DNA of 64,000 nt from Bacteroidales bacterium (GCA_024694125.1 JAILKE010000024.1:5784-69783); one strand, 5' to 3'. Shown: positions 20,794-31,454, numbered from the stretch's first letter. Numbers and translations are program-made. The notes: generated by a model not told the origin, from the letters alone.

Positions 20794-21006
20794 TGTGATA
20801 CAGGTACAAAAGTTAATTAAATTGTGTTTGCAAATGTAGTAAAAATAATAATAAGAAGTAAAAATATTGGGCGAAAACCTCTATTTTATGCAATCATTTG
20901 GTGCAAAATTTGTTTTTTTGCACGAAATTAACTAATTTTGTGCCCATAAAATTGAGGACTTATCAGCACAAAGCGGCCAATCGGTACGCTGAGAGAAGAA
21001 CGAAAA

Positions 21007-22788
21007 ATGGTACAAAGTTACTTGCAGATTGACGGACTGACCAAATCCTTCGGCGATTTGGTATTGCTCGAAAATGTTTCGCTGGGTATCAGCGAGGGTG
21101 ACCGCGTAGGATTGATAGCGCGCAATGGATCGGGCAAAACCACCCTGCTCAACATCATAATGGGAATAGAAGATCATGACAGTGGTTCAATAACTTTTCG
21201 CAACGATCTGCAGACGGGATACCTGAGCCAGGACCCGCAGTTTGCTCCCGGCATAACTGTGGGTGGAGTGTGTGGCGAGAGTGCCGAGATGGTACGCATA
21301 TTGACCCAACTCAAGATTACCGACCTCAACCAGCCTGTGGAACAACTATCGGGAGGCCAGCGCAAGCGTTTGGCCCTGGCTAAGGTGCTGTCCGACCATC
21401 CTCAGTTTCTGATATTGGACGAACCTACCAACCACCTGGACCTGGAGATGGTGGAGTGGCTCGAGGGGTACCTGGGCCGCGGCAACAGTACCCTGCTGAT
21501 GGTGACGCACGACCGCTACTTCCTGGACCGTGTGTGCAACCGCATAGTGGAAATGGCCGACCGCACGCTCTATACATACAAGGGCAACTACGCCTACTAC
21601 CTGGAGAAACGCCAGGAACGCATCAATGCACAGAACGTGCTGGTGGAAAGGGCCAATAACCTGTTGCGCACCGAACTGGACTGGATGCGCCGCCAACCGC
21701 AGGCCCGTGGACACAAGAGCCGTTCGCGTATCGAGGCCTTCTATGAACTGGAACAACGTGCCAAGCAGCGTCACGAGCAACAGGCCCTGCGCCTGCAGAT
21801 GAAATCGACCTATATCGGCAATAAGATATTCGAGGCCCACCATGTGAGCAAGTCGTTCCCCCCACGCAGTGAGACGGACCGTGAACGCATCATCCTGAAT
21901 GACTACAATTATGTCTTTGCCCGATATGAGAAGATGGGCATAGTCGGCCCCAACGGTACGGGCAAGAGTACGTTCCTCAAGATGCTGCTGGGGCAGATAG
22001 CCCCCGATCAGGGCCGTTTTGACATAGGCGAGACTGTCCGGTTCGGGTACTACAGCCAGGAGGGACTGCAGTTCGACGATAGCAAGAAGGTGATCGACAT
22101 AGTCCGCGACATAGCGGAATATGTGCAGATGAGCGACGGTTCGCGACTGTCCGCCACGCAGTTCCTGCAGCAGTTCCTGTTCTCGCCCGAGAAACAGTAC
22201 AGCTATGTCTATAAGTTGAGCGGCGGCGAGAAACGTCGGTTGTACCTATGTACGATACTGATGCGTTCGCCTAACTTCCTGATACTGGACGAGCCGACCA
22301 ATGACCTCGATATCGTGACGCTCAATGTGCTGGAGGAGTATCTGCAGAACTTCGGCGGGTGCGTCATCGTGGTGAGTCACGACCGATACTTCATGGACAA
22401 GGTGGTGGACCATCTGCTGGTCTTCAAGGGGCAAGGCGAGCTGCAGGACTATCCGGGCAACTACTCCGATTGGCGAGAATGGAAACGCCTCAAGGACGAG
22501 GAGGCGGCTGAGGCATCGGCCCCGAAAGTAACCACTCCGACCACTGCCAACGAGAAACCTCGCACGGAGAAGGCCCCGAAACTGACGTTCAAGGAGAAGA
22601 TGGAATTGGCGGCCCTCGAGGAGGACCTGCCCCGCCTGGAAAATGAGAAGCAGCAACTGGAGGCCGAGATGTCCAGCGGCACATTGTCCGGACAGGAACT
22701 GGTAGAAAAGGGCCAACGAATGCAAGCAATCATTGACGAAATTGATACCAAGGAAATGCGTTGGTTGGAACTATCGGAGAAACAATAA
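21007..22788 (+). CDS. ABC-F family ATP-binding protein (Uup-like)
   Basis: Two ABC domains (NGSGKTT/LSGGQ and GPNGTGKS/LSGGE), no TM segments, C-terminal coiled coil ending RWLELSE. Confidence 0.92.
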   Translation: MVQSYLQIDGLTKSFGDLVLLENVSLGISEGDRVGLIARNGSGKTTLLNIIMGIEDHDSGSITFRNDLQTGYLSQDPQFAPGITVGGVCGESAEMVRILTQLKITDLNQPVEQLSGGQRKRLALAKVLSDHPQFLILDEPTNHLDLEMVEWLEGYLGRGNSTLLMVTHDRYFLDRVCNRIVEMADRTLYTYKGNYAYYLEKRQERINAQNVLVERANNLLRTELDWMRRQPQARGHKSRSRIEAFYELEQRAKQRHEQQALRLQMKSTYIGNKIFEAHHVSKSFPPRSETDRERIILNDYNYVFARYEKMGIVGPNGTGKSTFLKMLLGQIAPDQGRFDIGETVRFGYYSQEGLQFDDSKKVIDIVRDIAEYVQMSDGSRLSATQFLQQFLFSPEKQYSYVYKLSGGEKRRLYLCTILMRSPNFLILDEPTNDLDIVTLNVLEEYLQNFGGCVIVVSHDRYFMDKVVDHLLVFKGQGELQDYPGNYSDWREWKRLKDEEAAEASAPKVTTPTTANEKPRTEKAPKLTFKEKMELAALEEDLPRLENEKQQLEAEMSSGTLSGQELVEKGQRMQAIIDEIDTKEMRWLELSEKQ

Positions 22789-22884
22789 AGTGCAAGATCC
22801 TCTGAAACTCCCAGCTCCGGGGGACGTTGCCAGGCAGACAAGTTCTTTTTTTTTGAATCATAGGCTACAACATATTTAGATGAT

Positions 22885-24459
22885 ATGAAACGATTATTAT
22901 ATACTATTTTATTCTTACTGATTTTGGTGCCAGCCGAGGCTAAACGCCTCAAGTTCGGCTGGAAGGCTGCCGAGCCCTCGCAGAAGGAGGAGTTCCGTGG
23001 AACATGGCTGCAGACCGCTTTCCAGGAGCGGTACATGAAGATGTCACCCGATGAGTGCAAGGCCTACATGGATCAGATGGTCGAGGAGTTGTACAATACG
23101 GGCTTCAATGCCATCTTCTTCCAGGTGCGTCCCGAGGGCGATGCTTTCTTCCAGAGCCCCTACGAGCCATGGAGCCGATTCCTGACCGGCAAGCAGGGTG
23201 TCGCTCCACAGCCATTGTGGGACCCGATGGACTACCTCATCTCGGTGTGCCACAAGCATCAGATGGAGTTCCACGCCTGGATCAACCCTTACCGCATGAC
23301 TGCCAGCAAGTTCACGGTGATGGCCGACAATCATCTGTACCGCCAGCATCCGGAGTGGTTCGTGCGATATGACGACCGTCTGTACCTCAATCCTGCTCTG
23401 CCCGAATCGCGCGCTCACGTCCGCCAGGTAGTCAAGGATATCGTCACCCGATATGACGTGGATGCCATCCACATGGACGACTATTTCTATCCATATCCGG
23501 TCAAGGGACAGACCTTCGATGACAAGGTGGCCTTCGAGATCTATGCCCGCCAGATGAATATCGACGTCGATGAACCGGATGCGTTGGGCAAGTTCCGTCG
23601 CCGCAGCGTAGATATCCTGATGAAGTCCCTCCACGAGGATATCCGCGCCATCAAGCCCTGGGTGCGATTCGGCATCAGTCCGTTCGGCATCTACCGCAAT
23701 GCCACGACCACCTATCCAGCAGGCTCGAACACACAGGGCACACAGTGCTACGATGACCTCTATGCCGATATACTCTTCTGGGCCAAGAGCGGTTGGATTG
23801 ACTATGTCATACCGCAGCTCTACTGGGAGATAGGACATCCCGCTGCTGACTACAGCACTCTGGTCCGCTGGTGGAACGACCACATCCCATCGGACTGCCA
23901 TCTCTATATCGGCCAGAGCATAGAACGTTCGCTGGATGGAGCCAAGGATACCAAGCCTACGCCCGATCTGACCAAGCAACATGTGCACATGAGCAACAAA
24001 CTGAATCAGGCTGCCGAGGGTAAGAACATCCGTGGCAACTGTTTCTGGTATGGTTATCAGGTGCTCGACAACAGCTATCATATCCGCGACTTCCTGAAGC
24101 AGGACCTGTTCCGCGTACCTGCCTTGCCTCCGGCATATACCAATATTGATGCCATCGCGCCCGACAAGGTCTGCAACCTCCGCATTGGACTGGTACAGCA
24201 GGGTCTGCGTGTCTCGTGGCAATATGTGGTGACCGAAGACCCTATGCAGAAACCTCGTTACTTCTGCGTCTATAAGTTCCGCAAGGGTGAGAAGGTCGAT
24301 ATCAGCGACGGCTCGCACCTGTTGCTCCGCACGGTCAATACCAATTTCATAGATGCTGATGTCCCCGCTGGCAAATACACTTATGTAGTTACTTCGGTCG
24401 ATATCGTTGGCAATGAATCGGGTCCTGTCAAGAAGTCATTCAAGGTCAAGCTCCGTTGA
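22885..24459 (+). CDS. GHL10/YddW(DigH)-like glycoside hydrolase with a C-terminal Fn3-like domain
   Basis: EFRGTW, FFQVRPEGDA, FHAWINPYR, IHMDDYFYPY, GISPFGI and DYVIPQLYW. Confidence 0.88.
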   Translation: MKRLLYTILFLLILVPAEAKRLKFGWKAAEPSQKEEFRGTWLQTAFQERYMKMSPDECKAYMDQMVEELYNTGFNAIFFQVRPEGDAFFQSPYEPWSRFLTGKQGVAPQPLWDPMDYLISVCHKHQMEFHAWINPYRMTASKFTVMADNHLYRQHPEWFVRYDDRLYLNPALPESRAHVRQVVKDIVTRYDVDAIHMDDYFYPYPVKGQTFDDKVAFEIYARQMNIDVDEPDALGKFRRRSVDILMKSLHEDIRAIKPWVRFGISPFGIYRNATTTYPAGSNTQGTQCYDDLYADILFWAKSGWIDYVIPQLYWEIGHPAADYSTLVRWWNDHIPSDCHLYIGQSIERSLDGAKDTKPTPDLTKQHVHMSNKLNQAAEGKNIRGNCFWYGYQVLDNSYHIRDFLKQDLFRVPALPPAYTNIDAIAPDKVCNLRIGLVQQGLRVSWQYVVTEDPMQKPRYFCVYKFRKGEKVDISDGSHLLLRTVNTNFIDADVPAGKYTYVVTSVDIVGNESGPVKKSFKVKLR

Positions 24460-24542
24460 TAGAGTATCAATTGTCAATTATCAATTGTTTCTTCAATGGA
24501 GGTTTTATCAATTATCAATTGTCAATTATCAATTAATTGCAT

Positions 24543-25373
24543 ATGTTTCTGATCGCCGATTCTGGCAGTACCAAGACAACCTGGTGCCTGGTCGATAAGA
24601 CTCCGGGCCAACCCAAGTTCGTGCAGCCCTTCCAGACGCAGGGGCTCAATCCGCTCTATGCAACGGAGGAGGAGATCGTGGTTGCCGCCCGTCAGGTGGT
24701 TGAGCAGTCCGGGGAGCGTATGCCCAGTCTGGTGCAGTTCTACGGAGCAGGTTGCAGCGGCGAACGGAGCGAGCTGGTCGAGCGTGCCTTGCGCCGGGTC
24801 TTCACGCCGATGACCCGTGTTGAGGTGGCGTCGGACCTGTTGGGTGCCTGCCGTGCACTGGGCGATGGCCTGTGCTGCATACTCGGGACTGGTGCCATTG
24901 CGGCGCGTTATGATGCTGCACATGACCAGATGCAGACTGCCAGCAGCCTGGGATATATCCTGGGCGATGAGGGCAGCGGAGCCTGGTTGGGCCGACAGGT
25001 ATTGAGCGACTATCTCAAGGAACAGATGCCCCAGCGAGTACGCTCGCTCTTTGCCGAAGATTTCGGCGAGGTATCGGCCGAATCGGCTATTGAACACGTC
25101 TATCGTCAGCCTTTCCCCAATCGTTATCTGGCGACGTTCGCCGTCTTTGTCGGCCGTCATTCCGACTGTGACTATTGCCAACGGTTGGGCTACCAGGGCA
25201 TCGAACTTTTCTTCAAGCGCAATGTCCAGCGCCTCAATCCTCGTTCCGGCGAGAGCATCTCGTTCGTGGGCAGTGTGGCGGACGGATTGCAGGACACACT
25301 GCGTGTCGTGGCCGAGCTGCACGATCTGCACGTCGGCCGAATACTCAAGGATCCTATCGAAGGTTTAATATGA
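24543..25373 (+). CDS. BadF/BadG/BcrA/BcrD-type ATPase (N-acetylglucosamine kinase-like)
   Basis: LIADSGSTKT, FYGAGC, ILGTG and GYILGDEGSGA. Confidence 0.88.
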   Translation: MFLIADSGSTKTTWCLVDKTPGQPKFVQPFQTQGLNPLYATEEEIVVAARQVVEQSGERMPSLVQFYGAGCSGERSELVERALRRVFTPMTRVEVASDLLGACRALGDGLCCILGTGAIAARYDAAHDQMQTASSLGYILGDEGSGAWLGRQVLSDYLKEQMPQRVRSLFAEDFGEVSAESAIEHVYRQPFPNRYLATFAVFVGRHSDCDYCQRLGYQGIELFFKRNVQRLNPRSGESISFVGSVADGLQDTLRVVAELHDLHVGRILKDPIEGLI

Positions 25374-25756
25374 ATACGTTAATGCTGCGAGGCTTGGCCA
25401 CAGTGGCAATGCTTGTTTTGTCGAACGTTTTTATGACGTTCGCGTGGTACGGCAGTTTCAAATTGCGCGAGATCTATCCCTCCGTGCGCGATTGGCCGTT
25501 GTTTGTAGTGATACTCTTCTCGTGGGGCTTGGCCTTTTTCGAGTATTGTGTGGCAGTCCCCGCCAATCGCATCGGTCATCACGATATGGGTGGTCCCTTC
25601 AACCTGATGCAGCTCAAGGTCCTGCAGGAGTCCGTATCGCTGTTGGTCTTTGTCCTCATCGTGCACTTTGTCTTCAAGGGCGAACCTCTGCATTGGAACC
25701 ATTTCGTAGCGTTGTTCTGCCTGGTCCTGGCAGTGTTCTTCGCTTTTCTCAAGTAG
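25370..25756 (+). CDS. DMT family small membrane protein (DMT_6)
   Basis: SNVFMTFAWYG, SWGLAFFEY, VPANRIG and QLKVLQE. ATG at 25370 overlaps the previous stop. Confidence 0.88.
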   Translation: MNTLMLRGLATVAMLVLSNVFMTFAWYGSFKLREIYPSVRDWPLFVVILFSWGLAFFEYCVAVPANRIGHHDMGGPFNLMQLKVLQESVSLLVFVLIVHFVFKGEPLHWNHFVALFCLVLAVFFAFLK

Positions 25757-25843
25757 GGAATCTATGCAATATAGGCAATCTATAACTTCAAGAGCCTCTA
25801 TTGTTCCTAATCTCTCCATGACCTCAATTATTTACAATCTAAT

Positions 25844-27691
25844 ATGAAACATCTAACCGCTTTGTTTTGCGTGGCTCTGTTGGGCATTACCACCCTCACG
25901 GCCAAGAAGAAAGAGACCGTCGTCCCCGGCAATCTGCAGATGGGTGACTATGGCTATCTGTATTGCCACATGAGCGACCGTGGTCAGTGGACGGCTTTCG
26001 CCCTCTCACGCGACGGACTGCATTACCATGACCTGTTGAACGGAGATTCGGTCTTCTCGGCTTTCGAACATGCCCGTATCGAGGGTGGAACACGCGACGC
26101 CTATATATGCCGCAAGTATGATGGCAGTGGCTATCTGATGGTCACTACCGATATGAACAACTCGATGACCAAGCGGCTCAACAAGGGCGGTACATGGGAG
26201 AACTTCGGCATTGACCTCTTCACCAGTGAAGATTTGATCCATTGGCAGAGCAAGACGTTCGACTTCCGCCAGGGCCGATCTACCTTCTGTGATGGAGCTA
26301 CTGCCCACAGCGTATATAAGGACTGGAGTACCATTACCCGTGTCTGGGCTCCTCAGATCTTCTGGGATGCATCGTACCGTTGGCCCGATGGTAGCCGTGG
26401 TGGTTACTTCATCTACTATAGCCTCTGGAATCCCAAGGAGGAGAAGTACGACCGTATGTACTACAGTTATGCAGACAAGTCGTTCACGCAGATGACTATG
26501 CCGCAGTTGCTCTTTGACTGGGGTTATGCTACCATTGATGCTGACATCAATTACCTCACGACCGATGGCAAGTACCACATGATGATCAAGAAGGAGGGCG
26601 GCAAGCCTGGCCTCTTTACGGCAACTGCTCCGAGTCTGACTGGCCCTTGGGGCGAACCTGTCGAAGATGATTATGTCGATTTCGAGGGCAACAAGAAGTG
26701 CGAGGGCGTTTCGGCTTTCCAGATCGTAGGAGAGGAGGGCTGGCGCATCGGCTATATTGAATACTCGTCGCGTCCACGTCATTACCGTATCTGCAAGGCG
26801 GATGCCAATATGCGCAATTTCTCGGACCCACAGGACATCCAGGGCGTCACTGGACCTCAGCATGGCTCGTTCATGCGTCTCACTCAGGAGGAGTATGAAC
26901 GGCTCGAGGCATGGGGCAATCCCAAGCCGCAGCAGAGCCAGTGGAATGGCAAGCGTGTCGGTTTCCTGGGCGACAGTATGACCGATCCCCGCAACCGTGC
27001 CACTCAGTATCATTACTATGACTATCTGCGCGACAGCCTGGGCATTGAACCTTGCATCTATGCCCGTAGCGGCAATCAGTGGAAACAGGTCCGCCAGCGT
27101 GCAGAGGAGATGATCAAGGCCGAGGGCGACAATCTCGATGCTATCTTCATTTGGGCTGGTACCAATGACTATTTCCATGGTACGCCCATGGGCCAGTTCT
27201 ATACGGAGCGCGATACGGTGGTCGATTACAATGGCAAGATGGTGCAGCGCCGTTGCCGTGATTTCGTCTATTCGGACAGCACTTTCTGTGGTCGCATCAA
27301 TATGCTGCTCAGTATGCTCAAACACCGCTATCCCACCAAGCAGATCATCATCATGACCCCGCCTCACCGCGGCTATGCCAACTTCTCGGACCCTGCCAAG
27401 AACAAGTTCAATGTGCAGCCCGACGAGAATGTGGCCAACAGTGAGGGCCTCTACATCGAGGACTATGTGCAGACGCTCCGCCAGGCGGGTCAGTATTGGG
27501 CCATGCCGGTCATAGACCTGTTCAGCCTGTCTGGCCTGTTCCCGATGGAGCCTTCCCACGGTGTCTATTTCGCCGAACCGGAGGGTCATCCCAACTCTGT
27601 CCGTTATGACCGTCTGCACCCCAGCCGTGCCGGTCATATCCGTCTGGGCGAGACGCTGCGTCGTCAGTTGCTGGCTTTGCCTGTATTCTGA
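25844..27691 (+). CDS. Secreted GH43-like glycosidase fused to an SGNH/GDSL esterase
   Basis: N-terminal beta-propeller motifs (TRDAY, WAPQ, TIDADI, CEG). C-terminal GDSMT, AGTND and DRLHP SGNH blocks. Confidence 0.82.
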   Translation: MKHLTALFCVALLGITTLTAKKKETVVPGNLQMGDYGYLYCHMSDRGQWTAFALSRDGLHYHDLLNGDSVFSAFEHARIEGGTRDAYICRKYDGSGYLMVTTDMNNSMTKRLNKGGTWENFGIDLFTSEDLIHWQSKTFDFRQGRSTFCDGATAHSVYKDWSTITRVWAPQIFWDASYRWPDGSRGGYFIYYSLWNPKEEKYDRMYYSYADKSFTQMTMPQLLFDWGYATIDADINYLTTDGKYHMMIKKEGGKPGLFTATAPSLTGPWGEPVEDDYVDFEGNKKCEGVSAFQIVGEEGWRIGYIEYSSRPRHYRICKADANMRNFSDPQDIQGVTGPQHGSFMRLTQEEYERLEAWGNPKPQQSQWNGKRVGFLGDSMTDPRNRATQYHYYDYLRDSLGIEPCIYARSGNQWKQVRQRAEEMIKAEGDNLDAIFIWAGTNDYFHGTPMGQFYTERDTVVDYNGKMVQRRCRDFVYSDSTFCGRINMLLSMLKHRYPTKQIIIMTPPHRGYANFSDPAKNKFNVQPDENVANSEGLYIEDYVQTLRQAGQYWAMPVIDLFSLSGLFPMEPSHGVYFAEPEGHPNSVRYDRLHPSRAGHIRLGETLRRQLLALPVF

Positions 27692-27807
27692 GTGAAATTG
27701 TCGGGACGCTGATTCGTTTTATTCTGTTCAATCTGCGTTGAGGTTGAATCGGTTATATGATATCAGCGTCCTGAATTGTTTTGAACTACATAAACGCTTT
27801 TATTATT

Positions 27808-29460
27808 ATGAAGTCGCTTTTCTCTCTCTCATTGATAGCGCTCTTGGCTGTGCCTGTATGTGCCAAGCCGAAGAGCAAGGCCCCAGCCCCTGTTCAGGTG
27901 GAACGTTGGGGTATGTATGAAGTTGCCTTTACTGCTCCTGTCCCTGTTGGAACCAATCCTTTCGAGGTACCTTTTACCGCTACGTTCTATGGTGCGGACA
28001 CGCTCACGGTAGCAGGCTTCTATGATGGTGGCGATACATGGCGCGTGCGTTTCATGCCGCAGCAGGAGGGTACCTGGCGCTACGAGACAGCCTCTGCTCT
28101 CTCACCGTTGGACCAGCAGCAGGGCAATTTCCAGTGCATTGCTCCTTCGGCAGATAATCACGGTCCAGTGCAGGTCGATACTACTGGCCTTAATTTCTGC
28201 TATGCTGATGGCAAGCAGTATTACCCCATTGGCACTACCTCCTATGACTGGATGCATGCATCGAGTGCACCCGAGGTTACGTCGGCAGATGCTGGTCTGA
28301 CCATGCAGCAGCAGACGTTGCGCTCGCTCTCCGAGACTGGATTCACCAAGATCCGTTCGCTCCTTTTGCCACAGAACTTCAACCCCAATTATCCCGAGCC
28401 CGAGCAGTACCCCTTCGAGCGTACAGCCGATGGCAAGTGGGACTGGACGCGCCTCAATCCTCGTTACTTCGATCATGTTGAGGAGTGTACGCGAGGCCTG
28501 ATGCAACTGGGCATCGAGCAGGATCTCATCCTCTTTCATCCTTATGATGGCGGTCGTTGGGGCTTCCATGCCATGCCGATTGAGGCTGGTCAGTTGCTGT
28601 GCCGATATGTAGGTGCCCGTATGTCCAGCTTCCGCAATGTGTGGTGGAGCTTGGCCAATGAGTATGACCTGGTCAAGGAGCAGCCCAAGGAGGCCTGGGA
28701 TGCCTGGACCGATGCCATCATTGCTGCCGATCCCTACCGTCATCTGGTCTCCATCCACAGCTATACGGCTCAGTACTACAGTTATTGGGACCCACGCTAT
28801 ACGCATTGCTCCATTCAGGACCAGGCTCCGGTCGAGGACTTCGGTCGTGCAGCCATCGTGCGCAATATCTATCGCAAGCCTATCGTCTTTGACGAGGTGC
28901 TCTACGAGGGCGATATGAATGTCCGTTGGGGCAATCTGAGCGGCGAGGAGGAACTCTTCCGTATGTGGATGGCGCTCATAGCTGGTACCTACTGCACTCA
29001 CTCGGAATGTTATCAGTTCGGTGACCCGAGCGGGTTCCGCAACAATTTCCTCGCTGTGGGTGGCAAGTTCCACGGCACGATGTGGTCGCGCACCAAGTTC
29101 CTCAAGCAGATTCTGGACGATATGCCTATGCCTATGTACCTGGCCGATTCGTCGTGGGATCCTCACACCTCGGCATGTGGCCCTGGCTACTATATGGTCT
29201 ATCTGGGCAAGGAGGTGATGGAGCAGTGGCGCTTTGACCTGCCTCTGCGCAATGGCCGCACACCTGCCTATCCCCGCATTCAGGAGGGAGACCGCTTCAA
29301 GGTCGAGATTATCGATACATGGGGCATGACCATCACTGAGTATCCTACGGTGTTCGAGGCCAAGAAGCAGGATGGCTACCGTATGATAGATGCACAGAAC
29401 CGCGCTGTCCGTTTGCCCGAGCGGCCTTATCTGTTGCTCCGCATCAAGCAGGTCAAGTGA
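27808..29460 (+). CDS. DUF5060-DUF4038-DUF5605 putative glycoside hydrolase (GH140/apiosidase-like)
   Basis: GFYDGGDTWRVRFMP, NHGPVQV, LILFHPYD, NVWWSLANEYD, DEVLYEG and IIDTWGMTI. Confidence 0.8.
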   Translation: MKSLFSLSLIALLAVPVCAKPKSKAPAPVQVERWGMYEVAFTAPVPVGTNPFEVPFTATFYGADTLTVAGFYDGGDTWRVRFMPQQEGTWRYETASALSPLDQQQGNFQCIAPSADNHGPVQVDTTGLNFCYADGKQYYPIGTTSYDWMHASSAPEVTSADAGLTMQQQTLRSLSETGFTKIRSLLLPQNFNPNYPEPEQYPFERTADGKWDWTRLNPRYFDHVEECTRGLMQLGIEQDLILFHPYDGGRWGFHAMPIEAGQLLCRYVGARMSSFRNVWWSLANEYDLVKEQPKEAWDAWTDAIIAADPYRHLVSIHSYTAQYYSYWDPRYTHCSIQDQAPVEDFGRAAIVRNIYRKPIVFDEVLYEGDMNVRWGNLSGEEELFRMWMALIAGTYCTHSECYQFGDPSGFRNNFLAVGGKFHGTMWSRTKFLKQILDDMPMPMYLADSSWDPHTSACGPGYYMVYLGKEVMEQWRFDLPLRNGRTPAYPRIQEGDRFKVEIIDTWGMTITEYPTVFEAKKQDGYRMIDAQNRAVRLPERPYLLLRIKQVK

Positions 29461-29503
29461 TCCTGCTTTCAGTAGGGGGGTAGGCTTGTCCGATTGAGCG
29501 CTG

Positions 29504-29572
29504 CAAAGGTAAGCACTTATTTTCGGATGCGCAAATATTACCCCCCTATACTTTTGCCTATACTTGGCTATA
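29504..29572 (-). promoter_or_regulatory. Bacteroidetes sigma-A promoter with a 35-bp upstream element (twin of 11286-11354)
   Basis: Minus-strand TTTG (29532-35), N20, TACCTTTG (29504-11). 35-mer at 29538-29572. Confidence 0.7.
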
Positions 29573-29745
29573 GTTTACTACAATAAATTGATATGTAGCG
29601 CTTTACTTTTTTTCTAACGGACTCCGCCGGATGAGGTCTCAAATTCTCATCAATTTCCAGCAGCGAGGGATATTCTCTCAATTCTCAGATTCTTGAGAAT
29701 TTATCAGTTCTAAGGATGGATTTTATAGAACTTTCGACCATTGGG

Positions 29746-31074
29746 TCAATGCTCATCGGTCTCGGTATTGTCTTTTTTCGCAGAATCCAATTCTTTCAAA
29801 TAGCTCTTGATCTTCTGCAGGTATCTTTGACTTGTCGAACTGAATTCATCTGGATTCAAGGATTCTATATAGGAATGGAGATCTCCGACACGCCGGCTAT
29901 ATGGAGTATCTATATTAGCTCCATGAGTCAGTAGGAGGTATATCATCTTGAGATAATTCCTTTTTCGCGCCATGTCAATAGGGTATTCCCGTTCCTCTTT
30001 AAACTCTGTATTTTCGTCAAGGTGATACATATCATCCGCATAAAAAATTATACGAAAAGAATTTACGTCAGCGCCATGCTCTATCAAGAACTTAGCCATC
30101 TCGTAGTTTTTTCCACTAATCGCCGAAGATAATGGACAGTAACTTAAACCATCATTAGGAAATTGCATGTTTACATTAGCGCCATATTGCACCAATAATT
30201 TACCACATTTATTATAATAAGAGTTCTCACAAGCATCTATAAACGGATTTACATCACTACCTGCGAAACAATTACTTGCAATTTTAAGTTCATCTTCTTC
30301 TCTTGGAATAAAGCGATTAGGATCGAAACCAAGGTCCAAAAGCGTTTTCAACACAGTATCCTGTTGGAAAAGAATACAATGTAAAACCAACGGAACTCTT
30401 TCTTTTGCATCACGTGCGTACATTATGCTCGGATTCCGCTTGACGATGGACACAATTGAATCGATATTCTCCTGACACATGTATCGTGCTAAAGTCTCGG
30501 CCTTGGTATTTGCAAACATACCATAATTCGGGATGTATTTATCTTCATCATATGCCGGGAATTTATAATATTTATAATCACCTTTCCAATAGGTTCGTTC
30601 CAGAACCTCCTTCCAAAGACTATCTCGGAAAGCTAAAGCATGCAATACAGAATCAATGAATGCCCTGTTGTCGAACCGTTTCATGCCGAGGATAAAACCT
30701 CGGCTCAGGCTAATCGGAATACTTAAGGTGTCCGTTGTTCCATCCACGTACTCAACTAAGGCTGCGACATCTGTATCACAAGTCATGTCACTGTCCTGCT
30801 CAATCAAAATAGATTGATGCAATAGTTTCTGAAACACACTCAGAGTATCCTGCGATTCAATTCGATACTTTGCAAGATATTTTTGTCTAAGTAAGTCCTC
30901 AGGTACGTCATCCATAAAACATAAAGAGAAATAGCCTTTGAGATCAAAACTATCACAATACAAGGTAAGACTGGCTATGTCCTTTGTGAAATAATACTCT
31001 TGTTCCCTCTGCGAAGGAGTATTACATGCGACAAAACCCAGTAATACTAATAGAACTATTAAAACCTTTTTCAT
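29746..31074 (-). CDS. Ankyrin-repeat lipoprotein
   Basis: Lipobox FVAC. Repeats LLDLGFDPN, LVQYGANVN, FLIEHGADVN and LLTHGANID. AT-rich relative to its neighbours. Confidence 0.85.
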   Translation of the reverse strand: MKKVLIVLLVLLGFVACNTPSQREQEYYFTKDIASLTLYCDSFDLKGYFSLCFMDDVPEDLLRQKYLAKYRIESQDTLSVFQKLLHQSILIEQDSDMTCDTDVAALVEYVDGTTDTLSIPISLSRGFILGMKRFDNRAFIDSVLHALAFRDSLWKEVLERTYWKGDYKYYKFPAYDEDKYIPNYGMFANTKAETLARYMCQENIDSIVSIVKRNPSIMYARDAKERVPLVLHCILFQQDTVLKTLLDLGFDPNRFIPREEDELKIASNCFAGSDVNPFIDACENSYYNKCGKLLVQYGANVNMQFPNDGLSYCPLSSAISGKNYEMAKFLIEHGADVNSFRIIFYADDMYHLDENTEFKEEREYPIDMARKRNYLKMIYLLLTHGANIDTPYSRRVGDLHSYIESLNPDEFSSTSQRYLQKIKSYLKELDSAKKDNTETDEH

Positions 31075-31454
31075 AGTTATGTATTATTTTTTATCGTTAC
31101 GTTTTCTACATTCCTCGGACATTTTTTCAATACTCTCATTCGTCGTTTCTTTACTTTCAAGGTTCAATTTGTGATTGGTCCTTGTTACTTGTCCGTCCTT
31201 TATTTCTCCATGTTTTTTTGCAGCTTCCTGTTCTGTATATATAGTCGTTCCTCATAAAGCCTCCTTTCTCTCGCATGCGTACGCTCAAGGAGAAATTGCT
31301 GGGCACAAAGACTGCTTGTTGAGTCTCATTTGATCCCAAATCCGAATAATGGCAAGCCTTTCAATAAGGCACAAAAGAACTCTCATGGCTCATTCCGGAA
31401 ACCATTGCGACAGAACTTGAAGACCTTGTTCAAGAGTTTGGAGTCGGTTGGAAC

